This document shows positions 1-7,954 of a stretch of DNA of 20,000 nucleotides, one piece after another. Location of the stretch: IMG/VR virus record IMGVR_UViG_3300042890_000801; one strand, 5' to 3'. The position numbers were made by a program, and so were the translations under genes. Numbering within the stretch: the first letter of the stretch is position 1; each line of letters starts with the position of its first letter. This DNA is from an uncultured virus (IMG/VR IMGVR_UViG_3300042890_000801). Lineage: Duplodnaviria > Heunggongvirae > Uroviricota > Caudoviricetes. Under the pieces are notes generated by a model. That model did not search any database. It saw nothing but the letters and a program-made list of their open reading frames with translations, and had not been told where the DNA came from.

Positions 1-936
1 GTAGTATTTTAACGGTACGGGCAGTGCCCCTCCTGCCTCGTGGATGCTAATGAACCGCTCCGTCCTACTCTCCTCAATCGTGCTCTTCACCCCTAACCTA
101 GCTGCCACGATAGCTTGCACTCGCTCGTCTTCATGCTCTAACAATGCCTTGAATGCTTCATCACTCTTAGCAAAGGCATAGGCTTCCTTGTTGGTTCTGG
201 CGCTGATCTTTACGGGTGGCGCTACATCGAACGCTCTCAATACTTCTGCCAACTTGGGGTTGGACATCAGGTCGTCTTTCTGAATACCACACTCGTCCAG
301 CAATGTATCTTTTCTTGCTCTGACTTCTTCTAGGTGCTCATGCAGCAAATGCCCATCTAACATGAACTGCGGCATTGTGTGCATCTTGATCGTCATGTCG
401 ATCAAAGCAATCTCGGTCTTGTTGAAAGATGAAGCTAGTTGTCGAAACAACGCATAGGTCAGGTCCACATCGTTCTTGCAGTATTCCCCATACCGGGCCA
501 ATTCGACTTCACTGAAGTCTACTCTCCTCTTGCCCATTGCATCGACAACTTCAGTGCCCTTAACGCCAAGGCTGTACCGCTCAGCCAGCGTAGCCAGTGA
601 TCCTCCAGCATCTACACCATGCTTAGCACGGGCCATCGACAACGTATCAAGAATAACCTTGGGGAAGATACCAAACCGCCATGCCAGAATCGTGGCATCG
701 AACAGGGCATTGTGCATCAGAGCAAAAGAGTTATTCCAGTCAAACTGCTTCAACCAACTTCTTGTCTCTGTAGCGGTCCCACTGAACCATACCGTAGGTT
801 CATCGTTCTTCTTAACAGCTACCCCTATGGTTTCAAACCTTTCATCGTCAATATAGCTTTGCGTTGTTATATCTTTCTTGGAGAGGCTGTATTCCTTGGA
901 GTAGAAAGTCTCAAAATCCAACGTCAAAATGTCCAT
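1..936 (-). CDS. Phage family A DNA polymerase, N-terminal 3'-5' exonuclease region; runs off the window
   Basis: Manual translation from ATG 936: MDILTLDFETFYSKEYSLSK (ExoI DxE), HNALFDATIL (ExoII), YCKNDVDLT (ExoIII), ending LPVPLKYY at position 1. The start overlaps the VRR-NUC stop (TGATG). Absent from the ORF track because no stop lies in the window. Confidence 0.9.
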   Translation of the reverse strand, partial: MDILTLDFETFYSKEYSLSKKDITTQSYIDDERFETIGVAVKKNDEPTVWFSGTATETRSWLKQFDWNNSFALMHNALFDATILAWRFGIFPKVILDTLSMARAKHGVDAGGSLATLAERYSLGVKGTEVVDAMGKRRVDFSEVELARYGEYCKNDVDLTYALFRQLASSFNKTEIALIDMTIKMHTMPQFMLDGHLLHEHLEEVRARKDTLLDECGIQKDDLMSNPKLAEVLRAFDVAPPVKISARTNKEAYAFAKSDEAFKALLEHEDERVQAIVAARLGVKSTIEESRTERFISIHEAGGALPVPLKYY

Positions 937-1241
937 CACATCCTCTTTCTTATTTCTTCCATCAGCACAGTTTTTAGACTGTCTAAATTTTCCTCATTGA
1001 CTATCATAGCCACTCCACCAGCGTCCCTTATTCTTTGCAGTTCTCTGTCCTGTAGTGCTGTGGTCTTGCCCTTTCCTGCCTTTGCTTCGATACCGAAAAA
1101 AATGCCATGCAGACATCCGACGATATCGGGTACACCATTCTGTGAATAGGCACCGCCAATAGGGGAGAAACTGTAACATCCTAGCTCCTTGAGTATGTCT
1201 TTAATCTTTTTCTTGACTAATCCTTCTTTTGTTGTTGCCAT
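936..1241 (-). CDS. VRR-NUC domain nuclease (PD-(D/E)xK, Holliday-junction resolvase-like)
   Basis: E..VKKKI, GVPDIVGC, FFGIEAKA, TTALQ motifs; SD GAGGAGGT upstream. Confidence 0.9.
   Translation of the reverse strand: MATTKEGLVKKKIKDILKELGCYSFSPIGGAYSQNGVPDIVGCLHGIFFGIEAKAGKGKTTALQDRELQRIRDAGGVAMIVNEENLDSLKTVLMEEIRKRM
974..986. repeat. Palindrome TTAGAC-T-GTCTAA
   Basis: Inside the VRR-NUC 3' end, 37 nt upstream of the DNA polymerase start. Confidence 0.85.
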
Positions 1242-1369
1242 GACTTTACCTCCTCGATAAATTCTTTAAGCACTAATATCGTTGTTACAGCCAATAATAA
1301 GGATATAAAAATTCCTAGCATCATCACCATTACACAGAAAGCCCCGTCCACCAAAAATTCTAAATTCAT
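1217..1369 (-). CDS. Small single-pass membrane protein (50 aa)
   Basis: Manual translation MNLEFLVDGAFCVMVMMLGIFISLLLAVTTILVLKEFIEEVKSWQQQKKD; ATGA overlap with the upstream gene; fills the gap. Confidence 0.6.
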   Translation of the reverse strand: MNLEFLVDGAFCVMVMMLGIFISLLLAVTTILVLKEFIEEVKSWQQQKKD

Positions 1370-1593
1370 TGTAGTGTGACCCCTTGATTATCTCTGCACA
1401 TCATCGCCACGTTCTTTTGTATGCTCATGAGGACTCCATCCAACACCGTCTGCTGCTCATCCTCTGGAAACTCTGAGATAGTCAAAGCGGTAAGGTATCC
1501 CATTGCATTCAATGCTGTCTCTACAGAGGCATCGACTTTCTGAAACGTAGCATCTATAGCCTCCACTGCTGCGCTAAACTCTTCTTCAGTCAT
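1366..1593 (-). CDS. Hypothetical protein (75 aa)
   Basis: SD AGGAGAG; ATGA coupling at both ends. Confidence 0.7.
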   Translation of the reverse strand: MTEEEFSAAVEAIDATFQKVDASVETALNAMGYLTALTISEFPEDEQQTVLDGVLMSIQKNVAMMCRDNQGVTLQ

Positions 1594-2771
1594 TGCTGCT
1601 CTCCTAGCTTTTTAAGTTCTTCGCACACTTTCTCTATCACAGGCTCCCAGCGTCGATCCGCCCCCTGCCTGAACACACGGACAGACGGATACCACGGAGT
1701 CCTTTCCCCCTCAAACATCCACCGCCAATCACACACATAGGGCACCAGCACCCATGTCGGCACTCCCATCGCTCCAGCTAAGTTTGCTGTCAGTGTGTCC
1801 ACTGTGATGATGAGGTCTTGCCCCGTTATTGTTTCCGCTAGGTCTTCTACATCCTCAATATCTTCCTTCTCCATATCTGTGTACTGCATATAGTCAGCAT
1901 CGCCAGCGCGTATATCTTTCTGTACACAGGTAAAGGCGAAGGGAAGGTTAAGGATAGGATGAAAGAATGGTAACGGTATGGAACGGCGCTTGTCGTTTAA
2001 GTGGAGTATATTTCCTGACCATGCGAGTCCTATCCTCTGTAGGGGCTTATCCTCTTGCCAATGGCGCGATTTAGCAACATAAGGCGCAGTCGGAATCGTT
2101 CCTATACCGTCCTCGAAGATGTACCCCAGACTTCCTAGATTGGTATAGTAGTCTGTGTTGGGGTCTTCCCCTGAAAAAAATATGAAGTCCCTATCAAACT
2201 CTGCAAAAAACAATTCCCACAACGGCTCACTCACATTCAGATACACTCTCTCAGCATCCAACTCAGCTACTCTACGTAGCCACCGCGCAAAGAAAATCTG
2301 ATCTCCTAGCCCTTCAGTGCCTTCGATGAGGAGAGTTTTGCCGATCAAAGATTCCTTACCATCCCATGTGTTTTCTGGTTTGTTCTGAAAGCGGTCTTCA
2401 AAGTAGGTGAATCCTACACCGATGTCACCTTGGCCTAAACTTATCTGGCCTGATAGGGCATCGCACTCAGGGTTTTCTGCCTTACATAATGGTAGCTCTG
2501 CTTCATTAAACTTCTTCTGCTCTATACGCGACGTACCTAGCATAGCCCATGCCTCTGTGTAACCCCCATCCAACTTCACCGCCTTCTTAAAGCACTCCTC
2601 GGCTTCCTCAAACATGTCCTGCCTGAACTTGGCTAGCCCTAGGTTGTACCAAAGCTGGGGACTCTTATCGTCGTGTTTCAAGCATTCAAGGAACACATCC
2701 TCTGCTTGTACGTTATCACCTAGCTGTAGGGCTAGGAGTCCTTCATTGTTCTTCTCTTGTATGTTCATCAT
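1590..2771 (-). CDS. TPR-repeat protein with C-terminal GT-B (glycosyltransferase family 9-like) domain
   Basis: N-terminal TPRs (WYNLGLA..EEAEECFKKAVKL, AWAMLG); C-terminal EGLGDQIFFARW, IGLAWSGN, RRSIPL, DLIITVDT..LAGAMGVPTWVL, DWRW, TPWYPSVRVFRQ. Start placed at 2771/2768 after SD GAGGAGG. Confidence 0.85.
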   Translation of the reverse strand: MMNIQEKNNEGLLALQLGDNVQAEDVFLECLKHDDKSPQLWYNLGLAKFRQDMFEEAEECFKKAVKLDGGYTEAWAMLGTSRIEQKKFNEAELPLCKAENPECDALSGQISLGQGDIGVGFTYFEDRFQNKPENTWDGKESLIGKTLLIEGTEGLGDQIFFARWLRRVAELDAERVYLNVSEPLWELFFAEFDRDFIFFSGEDPNTDYYTNLGSLGYIFEDGIGTIPTAPYVAKSRHWQEDKPLQRIGLAWSGNILHLNDKRRSIPLPFFHPILNLPFAFTCVQKDIRAGDADYMQYTDMEKEDIEDVEDLAETITGQDLIITVDTLTANLAGAMGVPTWVLVPYVCDWRWMFEGERTPWYPSVRVFRQGADRRWEPVIEKVCEELKKLGEQQ

Positions 2772-2895
2772 CTTCTTCCTCCTCTTCCCATCCACCATCA
2801 AAAAACATATCGTCGCTCATGGCCCACTGCATGAAACAGTACACAAGCCACAACACAGCAATGGCTCCTAAACCCAATAGCAATACTTCAGTCAC
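2743..2895 (-). CDS. Small membrane protein with acidic tail (50 aa)
   Basis: Manual translation from GTG: MTEVLLLGLGAIAVLWLVYCFMQWAMSDDMFFDGGWEEEEEDDEHTREEQ; SD AAGGAG. Confidence 0.6.
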   Translation of the reverse strand: MTEVLLLGLGAIAVLWLVYCFMQWAMSDDMFFDGGWEEEEEDDEHTREEQ

Positions 2896-3037
2896 TCTCT
2901 TTCTCCTTAACTACCAAATACACTCTCTCACTCTCAGGGCAGTAGTAATATCTAACACCCCGCCACTCATCTATTGAGTGAGGCATACCACATACCTTAC
3001 AGATAGCCTCGCCTTCACGGGGGATAAAGTCTGTCAT
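2888..3037 (-). CDS. Small Cys-containing, possibly Zn-ribbon protein (49 aa)
   Basis: Manual translation MTDFIPREGEAICKVCGMPHSIDEWRGVRYYYCPESERVYLVVKEKESD; ATGA overlap with the upstream stop; SD GGAGG. Confidence 0.6.
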   Translation of the reverse strand: MTDFIPREGEAICKVCGMPHSIDEWRGVRYYYCPESERVYLVVKEKESD

Positions 3038-3417
3038 TCCTTTTCCTCCCATTCAACATACGCAATCACTCCGCCAACTGAAAACCCTTCTGCGATCTCT
3101 TTGCTCGGATGGATGTTTCCTAACCACCTTTCTTTACCCTGCCCATAAATATTAGCCCACCCCTCACGCTTCACAGTGCGCGGCTCAACGCGGTACTCCC
3201 AGTCTTGATACCATCCGGGGTTCATTTCGCGCAACCATTCCATATTAGCGTCGGCCCTTCCTTGAATTGTTGCGCCCTCTGCCCATTCGTGGATAAGGTC
3301 TGCGTGTTTATGTTGTTTGCTCATTGCTGTATCTCCTTTCATCTTTTGATTTACTCCGTTGGCCAATTGCATAAGGTGTTCACGAAGTTCATCTTTCGTA
3401 AGCACTTTATTGCTCAC
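3034..3417 (-). CDS. Hypothetical phage protein (HKHAxLIxxWAxG..EYRVxP type); strong internal start at 3324
   Basis: GTG 3417 overlaps the upstream stop; second in-frame ATG at 3324 with SD AAAGGAGA. Confidence 0.7.
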   Translation of the reverse strand: MSNKVLTKDELREHLMQLANGVNQKMKGDTAMSKQHKHADLIHEWAEGATIQGRADANMEWLREMNPGWYQDWEYRVEPRTVKREGWANIYGQGKERWLGNIHPSKEIAEGFSVGGVIAYVEWEEKE

Positions 3418-3617
3418 GGTAAAGCCTCCCTTCCCATGCAGTCATAAGCATCGTTGCTGATGTATTCGTGTTTTCTTTCTGCGTCTTCTGCAAACCGTAC
3501 CTCAATCAATGCTTGTGCGAAGTCTAGGATTTCTTCTTTGCTAAAGAACCAAATAGTTTCACCATGATAAAAACTGTTATAGCGGTGGAGTATTTCGATA
3601 ATCTTTTCTTCAGTCAT
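3414..3617 (-). CDS. Hypothetical protein (67 aa), MTEEKIIE..FAQALI module
   Basis: Coupled stop/start overlaps; N-terminus shared with 4050..4436. Confidence 0.7.
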   Translation of the reverse strand: MTEEKIIEILHRYNSFYHGETIWFFSKEEILDFAQALIEVRFAEDAERKHEYISNDAYDCMGREALP

Positions 3618-3847
3618 TGCTCAATCCTCTCCACGAGAGCATCTACACAGTCAAACCACTTATCATGATCGCCTTGCCACGAGACCTCCTCAATGATCTG
3701 CTTAATCCGCTCCCGCTCGGCTTTTTGTCCAAGCTGGTACATCTCGCGTGCAAATAACATCGCGCTTGTATAAGTAACATGGTATCTATCATCTGACGGC
3801 CATTCAAACCATGTCCCCGCTATTGACTTGATTTCTTCAATAGTCAT
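3614..3847 (-). CDS. Hypothetical protein (77 aa)
   Basis: SD GGAGGT; ATGA overlaps; GQKAERERI motif of a kind frequent in small phage proteins. Confidence 0.7.
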   Translation of the reverse strand: MTIEEIKSIAGTWFEWPSDDRYHVTYTSAMLFAREMYQLGQKAERERIKQIIEEVSWQGDHDKWFDCVDALVERIEQ

Positions 3848-4053
3848 TGATCAACCTCCTTTACCCTCTCAACCACCGCTTTCAGATACACCATTTGGCG
3901 ATCTGCGCAGCCAACATTTCCGTGTCTTTCCGCCGCTTCAATCACCGCTTCAGCCTTCTCGATTAGCTCGGCTAATTCCGTCTCCAGCCGGTCAACTCTC
4001 TCGTTTAATTCACCGCCGCAGCAGTCTTTGCTGCCGCAGATTGGGCATCTCAT
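3844..4053 (-). CDS. Hypothetical protein, CxxC..CC plus coiled coil (69 aa)
   Basis: MRCPICGSKDCCGG then heptad-like helix; ATG 4053 overlaps the upstream stop. Confidence 0.65.
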   Translation of the reverse strand: MRCPICGSKDCCGGELNERVDRLETELAELIEKAEAVIEAAERHGNVGCADRQMVYLKAVVERVKEVDQ

Positions 4054-4436
4054 TCCGCTTTCCCCCATATTTTCCGTTCGATGGCGAGGGCAAAAGTATA
4101 AGCACTAGCGTCTATGCCATAAGAAAATCGATGGTTCTTAATCACGTCATCTATCTCCTCACCCGTCAGCCGCGCTTTGGGTTGTGGGCGGCGATAAAGT
4201 GGGATGGGGCGCCCAGCTAAAAATGCTGGGCTATCTGAAAACGTACAAGTAACATCCCAGTTCAGTTTGCCATTCTCGTCAGTCTCAACCCATAAGAATG
4301 GCTCATCGCCATCCTCTGCAGGTCGTGCATCAATCAATGCTTGCGCGAAGGCAATTACTGCCTCTGTCGACATTGCAAACTCCGGCGAATCGTCGTCAAA
4401 CTGAGCGGCCAGCTCGATAATCTTTTCTTCAGTCAT
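4050..4436 (-). CDS. Hypothetical modular phage protein (128 aa)
   Basis: SD GGAGGGG; modules MTEEKIIE..FAQALI, EPFLW..PLYR, LTGEEI..FALAIE. Confidence 0.75.
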   Translation of the reverse strand: MTEEKIIELAAQFDDDSPEFAMSTEAVIAFAQALIDARPAEDGDEPFLWVETDENGKLNWDVTCTFSDSPAFLAGRPIPLYRRPQPKARLTGEEIDDVIKNHRFSYGIDASAYTFALAIERKIWGKAE

Positions 4437-4861
4437 TGATCTTCCCCTCCATCTATAGCGTTATAAAGAAAGGCAAAAGCAGACTCCGCTCTTGGCCCCC
4501 ACTCTGACTCTCTACCGCCTGCCATGTCGATACAATTCTGTATTGCGTCTTTGTATTTCGACTCACTATTCTGCGGTGGGCAGCGATAAAGCGGCTGAAC
4601 CCAATCTCTATAAGTCGAAGATGGATTTCCTTCCAGAAATTCTTTCTGGAAACCCTCGTTGCCGCGATACATATAAAAGTCATGACCGCCTTCGCCATCG
4701 AACTCCATCCAGGCCACCGGCTCATCGTCATCCTCTGCAAGACGTGACTTTAGCAGGTCAATGGTTTGCTCAACTTGGAATAACTCAGCGTCGTTATCCC
4801 CTCGGTAATTGAAGAAGCTCAAAGCATCAAGCGATTGTTGGAATAATTCTCTGTCTGTCAT
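4433..4861 (-). CDS. Hypothetical modular phage protein with EPVAW..PLY motif (142 aa)
   Basis: Start MTDRELFQQ at 4861 with SD GGAGA; EPVAW and QPLYR motifs. Confidence 0.75.
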   Translation of the reverse strand: MTDRELFQQSLDALSFFNYRGDNDAELFQVEQTIDLLKSRLAEDDDEPVAWMEFDGEGGHDFYMYRGNEGFQKEFLEGNPSSTYRDWVQPLYRCPPQNSESKYKDAIQNCIDMAGGRESEWGPRAESAFAFLYNAIDGGEDQ

Positions 4862-5127
4862 TGCTTTCTCCGATTTATACAAGGTTTTGTTAACCTATAT
4901 TAACTTTGCTATAAAGGGTGACTCCCGTGATTTTTGACCGACCTCCCATCCAGTGAATGAAAAGTAAGTGCCGGGAGTCATTGGACTCTTTACCTGCTTG
5001 TATCAATTCTCAGTTTTCTGATACAAATTGATGAAAGGGTGAAGCGGGCGGGGTCGGCACTCCCGTTAACAGCCGTTTGCCTATGGGCTGGCCAGCCCCG
5101 GCTGATCCTGATGCGCTTCATTGTTCT

Positions 5128-5406
5128 TTATCTACGCCTATCTCGGTTCTTCACCGTCGCATATCCGTTTCCGTTTCCGTATGCGTACCCATATCCGTTT
5201 CCGTATCCATCTCCTCTTCCCCATACGTCTCCATATCCCTGTCCATTCCCGTATCCCTGTCCAGTCCCATAGCCATTTCCATATCCATGTTGATATCCAT
5301 ATCCACATCCATCTCCACATCCATCTCCATATCCGTTTTCGTATCCGTATCCATCTCCACCCCCGTCTCCATCCCCGTCTCCATTTCCTTCGCCAACGGT
5401 GCGCAT
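5128..5406 (-). CDS. Gly-rich (G[DNY])n repeat protein (92 aa)
   Basis: GDGDGDGGGDGYGYENGYGDG...; ATG 5406 coupled to the upstream stop (TGATG). The hexamer repeat keeps several other frames open, so the frame choice is inferred. Confidence 0.6.
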   Translation of the reverse strand: MRTVGEGNGDGDGDGGGDGYGYENGYGDGCGDGCGYGYQHGYGNGYGTGQGYGNGQGYGDVWGRGDGYGNGYGYAYGNGNGYATVKNRDRRR

Positions 5407-5693
5407 CACAGCCCCCACGATTCGTTCACCGGGATGCAAAAAATCTCCGATACTTCGGGTAATTCGACATCATCTATCGGCCTGATATCTGCTTTTGATG
5501 GGTCTGTTATAACGGCTGCAAATCCGCACGACTCCCATTTGAATACCCAAACAGCGCGAGTGAGATAGATTCGGCCATCCTTGCGCTCCACATCTCCAGC
5601 GAAAATCCATCCCCTATCTACGACTATGACAGCACGATTGCCTTCGTGCTTTACGGGTGCGTATTCAACGCCGTCGATTGTTACATTGTCCAT
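5406..5693 (-). CDS. Hypothetical small beta-barrel-like phage protein (DUF6948-like)
   Basis: VIVVDRGWIFAG..LTRAVWVFKW pattern; SD AGGAGA; lies directly before the Gly-rich gene. Confidence 0.7.
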   Translation of the reverse strand: MDNVTIDGVEYAPVKHEGNRAVIVVDRGWIFAGDVERKDGRIYLTRAVWVFKWESCGFAAVITDPSKADIRPIDDVELPEVSEIFCIPVNESWGL

Positions 5694-5748
5694 TTCATTC
5701 TCCTATTATTGATGCCAGCTACCGGCTGGCTCGGGGTAACTACAAACC

Positions 5749-6417
5749 TTAACTCATCAGAACATTCCAACTCTCCGGGAATAGCTCGCCCATTATGCTG
5801 CTTATTCTCTCCGCTACATCGCGGGTTTCTTTCTGTGCATGAGGGTCGAGCCTTAGTCTGCATACTCTAGCGAAAAAATAAAGGCTCCCCGTCCATATCC
5901 ATGTGGTTTCCGAGCAGACAGGCAATACAGCACGTGCCTGTTCAGGGCATACCCCCATGAGTAGCAAATCCTCATACAGCAGCGTAGTCATCTGCGCCCA
6001 CTTATCTATCTGATCCTGCATAGACGGGTCGATCTTCACTAACTCATCGCTACTCCCTTGCTTTACGTTCTCTGCGGCTTTGCGCCATTGAGTAGGCATG
6101 TCGATCTTGGGTACGTATTTTACATACCTTCTGCTTACCTCGTTCTCTGTGCCCCCTACCTTGTGCTTGAACAACTGAGAACGAATATAAAGAGGCGCGG
6201 TAACGCGAAGCGTTATCTGAGGATGACTGAAAGGTGTCCAGTGGTTGTGCTCTGCTAGGTACTTTATGAGCCTAGCGTCCTTGTTGTGCAGCACATGCTT
6301 CGTTGTGCCATCATTGTCCTTGATCGTATCCCACTCGCTCTTCCTATCGAACGACACTCGTGCGTTATTCACTACAGACAGATCGCTTCCCATGTAATCA
6401 ATCAGTTCTACGTTCAT
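5749..6417 (-). CDS. thyX: Flavin-dependent thymidylate synthase ThyX
   Basis: VELIDYMGSDLSVVNNARVSF, HNHWTPFSH, QLFKHKVG..NEVSRRY, PEQARAVLP, RLRLDPHAQKETR. Confidence 0.93.
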   Translation of the reverse strand: MNVELIDYMGSDLSVVNNARVSFDRKSEWDTIKDNDGTTKHVLHNKDARLIKYLAEHNHWTPFSHPQITLRVTAPLYIRSQLFKHKVGGTENEVSRRYVKYVPKIDMPTQWRKAAENVKQGSSDELVKIDPSMQDQIDKWAQMTTLLYEDLLLMGVCPEQARAVLPVCSETTWIWTGSLYFFARVCRLRLDPHAQKETRDVAERISSIMGELFPESWNVLMS

Positions 6418-6652
6418 CCCGTTCTCCTATTATGTTCGCAGCATCCATAGCGAGGAGCCTGCGTTTCTGTTCTGGTGTTAGCTTAGGTAGCGGGCACCAT
6501 GCGTAGATTGTCGTGTCGTTCTTGTCCCACATGCCTGCATAGCCGTTACCATACTTAGTGATGAGCCAAATCTTGGTCGCTAATGGTGGCTTCTCGTCTT
6601 CAATCAAGCGTGGTATCGGACCAAGCTCCGCAAGGTACTTATGCTGCTCCAT
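6398..6652 (-). CDS. Hypothetical protein (84 aa), PP..KIWL..AWCPLP (DUF551-like fold possible)
   Basis: ORF with SD GAGGA; C-terminal W.PLP motif. Confidence 0.65.
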   Translation of the reverse strand: MEQHKYLAELGPIPRLIEDEKPPLATKIWLITKYGNGYAGMWDKNDTTIYAWCPLPKLTPEQKRRLLAMDAANIIGERDERRTD

Positions 6653-6800
6653 CAGGTATTTCCTCTTCGCTCTCTGGGTTCAACGCCTTCCTGATCTTAT
6701 CCACGCATGTCATAAAAATCCTATAAGGGTGGGAACACCACGGCTCGTTATATTGAACCCGTGAATTGGATTAAATACCGCAGTGCCCCCATAACTCATC

Positions 6801-7109
6801 TTAAACTACGTCTTTCACGAAAATCCCATTAACCATTCTTCCTTCTCTTTTCCTAATCACTTCATAGGCTTCAGACAAGCAGTCAGTCAGGTCGGTCTTC
6901 AACAGGTCAGCAAGGATAATCAATGTCACGAGGACATCGCCCAGTGCGTCGTTTACTTCATCCATGTTACCGACTGCTACTGCGTCGGCTAGCTCTCCCA
7001 CTTCAGACACACATTTCAGGCATTGGGTCTTGGGATCAGACTTAGCGATAATGCCCCTATCCGAAGCCCAGTCTAACACTTTTCCTTCTAATACAGCGTA
7101 ATCATCCAT
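6801..7109 (-). CDS. MazG-like nucleotide pyrophosphohydrolase
   Basis: WASDRG, QCLKCVSEVGELADA, DALGDVLVTL, AYEVIRKREGRMVNGIFVK; SD AGGAGA. Confidence 0.88.
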   Translation of the reverse strand: MDDYAVLEGKVLDWASDRGIIAKSDPKTQCLKCVSEVGELADAVAVGNMDEVNDALGDVLVTLIILADLLKTDLTDCLSEAYEVIRKREGRMVNGIFVKDVV

Positions 7110-7118
7110 AGCATTCTC

Positions 7119-7418
7119 CTAAAATTTGTCGTCGTCAAGGATAGTTGGGAGGATGATGCTCTCTTCTACCGTATCTCTGCCTAAGCCTTCTTTCTCCATC
7201 GGGGACATGTTGATAAAGGTGGAGGGTTCTCCTTGTGGCGTAACCACATACCCACTAGCCGTTTCATTCACTGTTGTAATCTCATGCGTCCTCATGTCGA
7301 TCACATTGAAGCCATGTCCAGTCGGCTGCACATCAACAAGCCCGTCAGGGTGGAGCACAGTAAAAGCAGAAGCCAGTTGTCCGTAAACAAACAGCGAAGC
7401 AAGCATTAAAATTTTCAT
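7119..7418 (-). CDS. Hypothetical exported protein (99 aa)
   Basis: Signal-peptide-like N-terminus MKILMLASLFVYGQLASA/F followed by a beta-rich segment. Confidence 0.65.
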   Translation of the reverse strand: MKILMLASLFVYGQLASAFTVLHPDGLVDVQPTGHGFNVIDMRTHEITTVNETASGYVVTPQGEPSTFINMSPMEKEGLGRDTVEESIILPTILDDDKF

Positions 7419-7954
7419 GACATCAACACCTTTGCATCTATTTTAAGAAGTTTCATTAGCCCTTCGACTACAACCTTTCGTCCTGCATTGTACGCATCCC
7501 TGTGTGAGTGGAACATAGCATCGTTGTAGCCCTGACTATACCCCTGCTGGAACATGAAGCTCTTGGCGTTCTCTCCCTGCCTATCAATGTCGGATTCCTT
7601 GAGTGGCTGGCGCTTGGGGGTTACTACCGCTGCTTCCTCTTCAACTACTTCCTCTTCAACTACTTGCTCTTCAACTACTTGCTCTGCTGCCCCTGCAATT
7701 CGTACTACATAATGCTGGTTGTATTTTGTAAGGTAGGCATCAGGATGTAATACATAGCGAAGAATGCCATTACCTGATTCGTCCTCGATGATGCTTACCG
7801 TTTTATTATCTAGGAAAGTTTTTACGGCTTTGCGTACTTGTTCTCTGTTAAGTTTTGCTCCATTGGCAATCTCTTCTCGAGTAAGTTCTACTCCTCGCTT
7901 CTTCATATATTCAAAAACTTTAACGGCATTTGTTTTTGGCTTTGCCTTACTCAT
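7415..7954 (-). CDS. Hypothetical protein with N-terminal winged-HTH-like region and acidic repeat linker
   Basis: VFEYMKK..LTREEIANGAKLNREQVRKAVKTFL resembles an HTH; (EEQVV)n linker; start 7954 overlaps the upstream stop, SD GAGGA. Confidence 0.7.
   Translation of the reverse strand: MSKAKPKTNAVKVFEYMKKRGVELTREEIANGAKLNREQVRKAVKTFLDNKTVSIIEDESGNGILRYVLHPDAYLTKYNQHYVVRIAGAAEQVVEEQVVEEEVVEEEAAVVTPKRQPLKESDIDRQGENAKSFMFQQGYSQGYNDAMFHSHRDAYNAGRKVVVEGLMKLLKIDAKVLMS
7633..7685. repeat. 15-bp in-frame tandem repeat, about 3.5 copies
   Basis: CTTCCTCTTCAACTA x2, CTTGCTCTTCAACTA, CTTGCTCT; encodes EQVVEEQVVEEEVVEEE. Confidence 0.9.
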
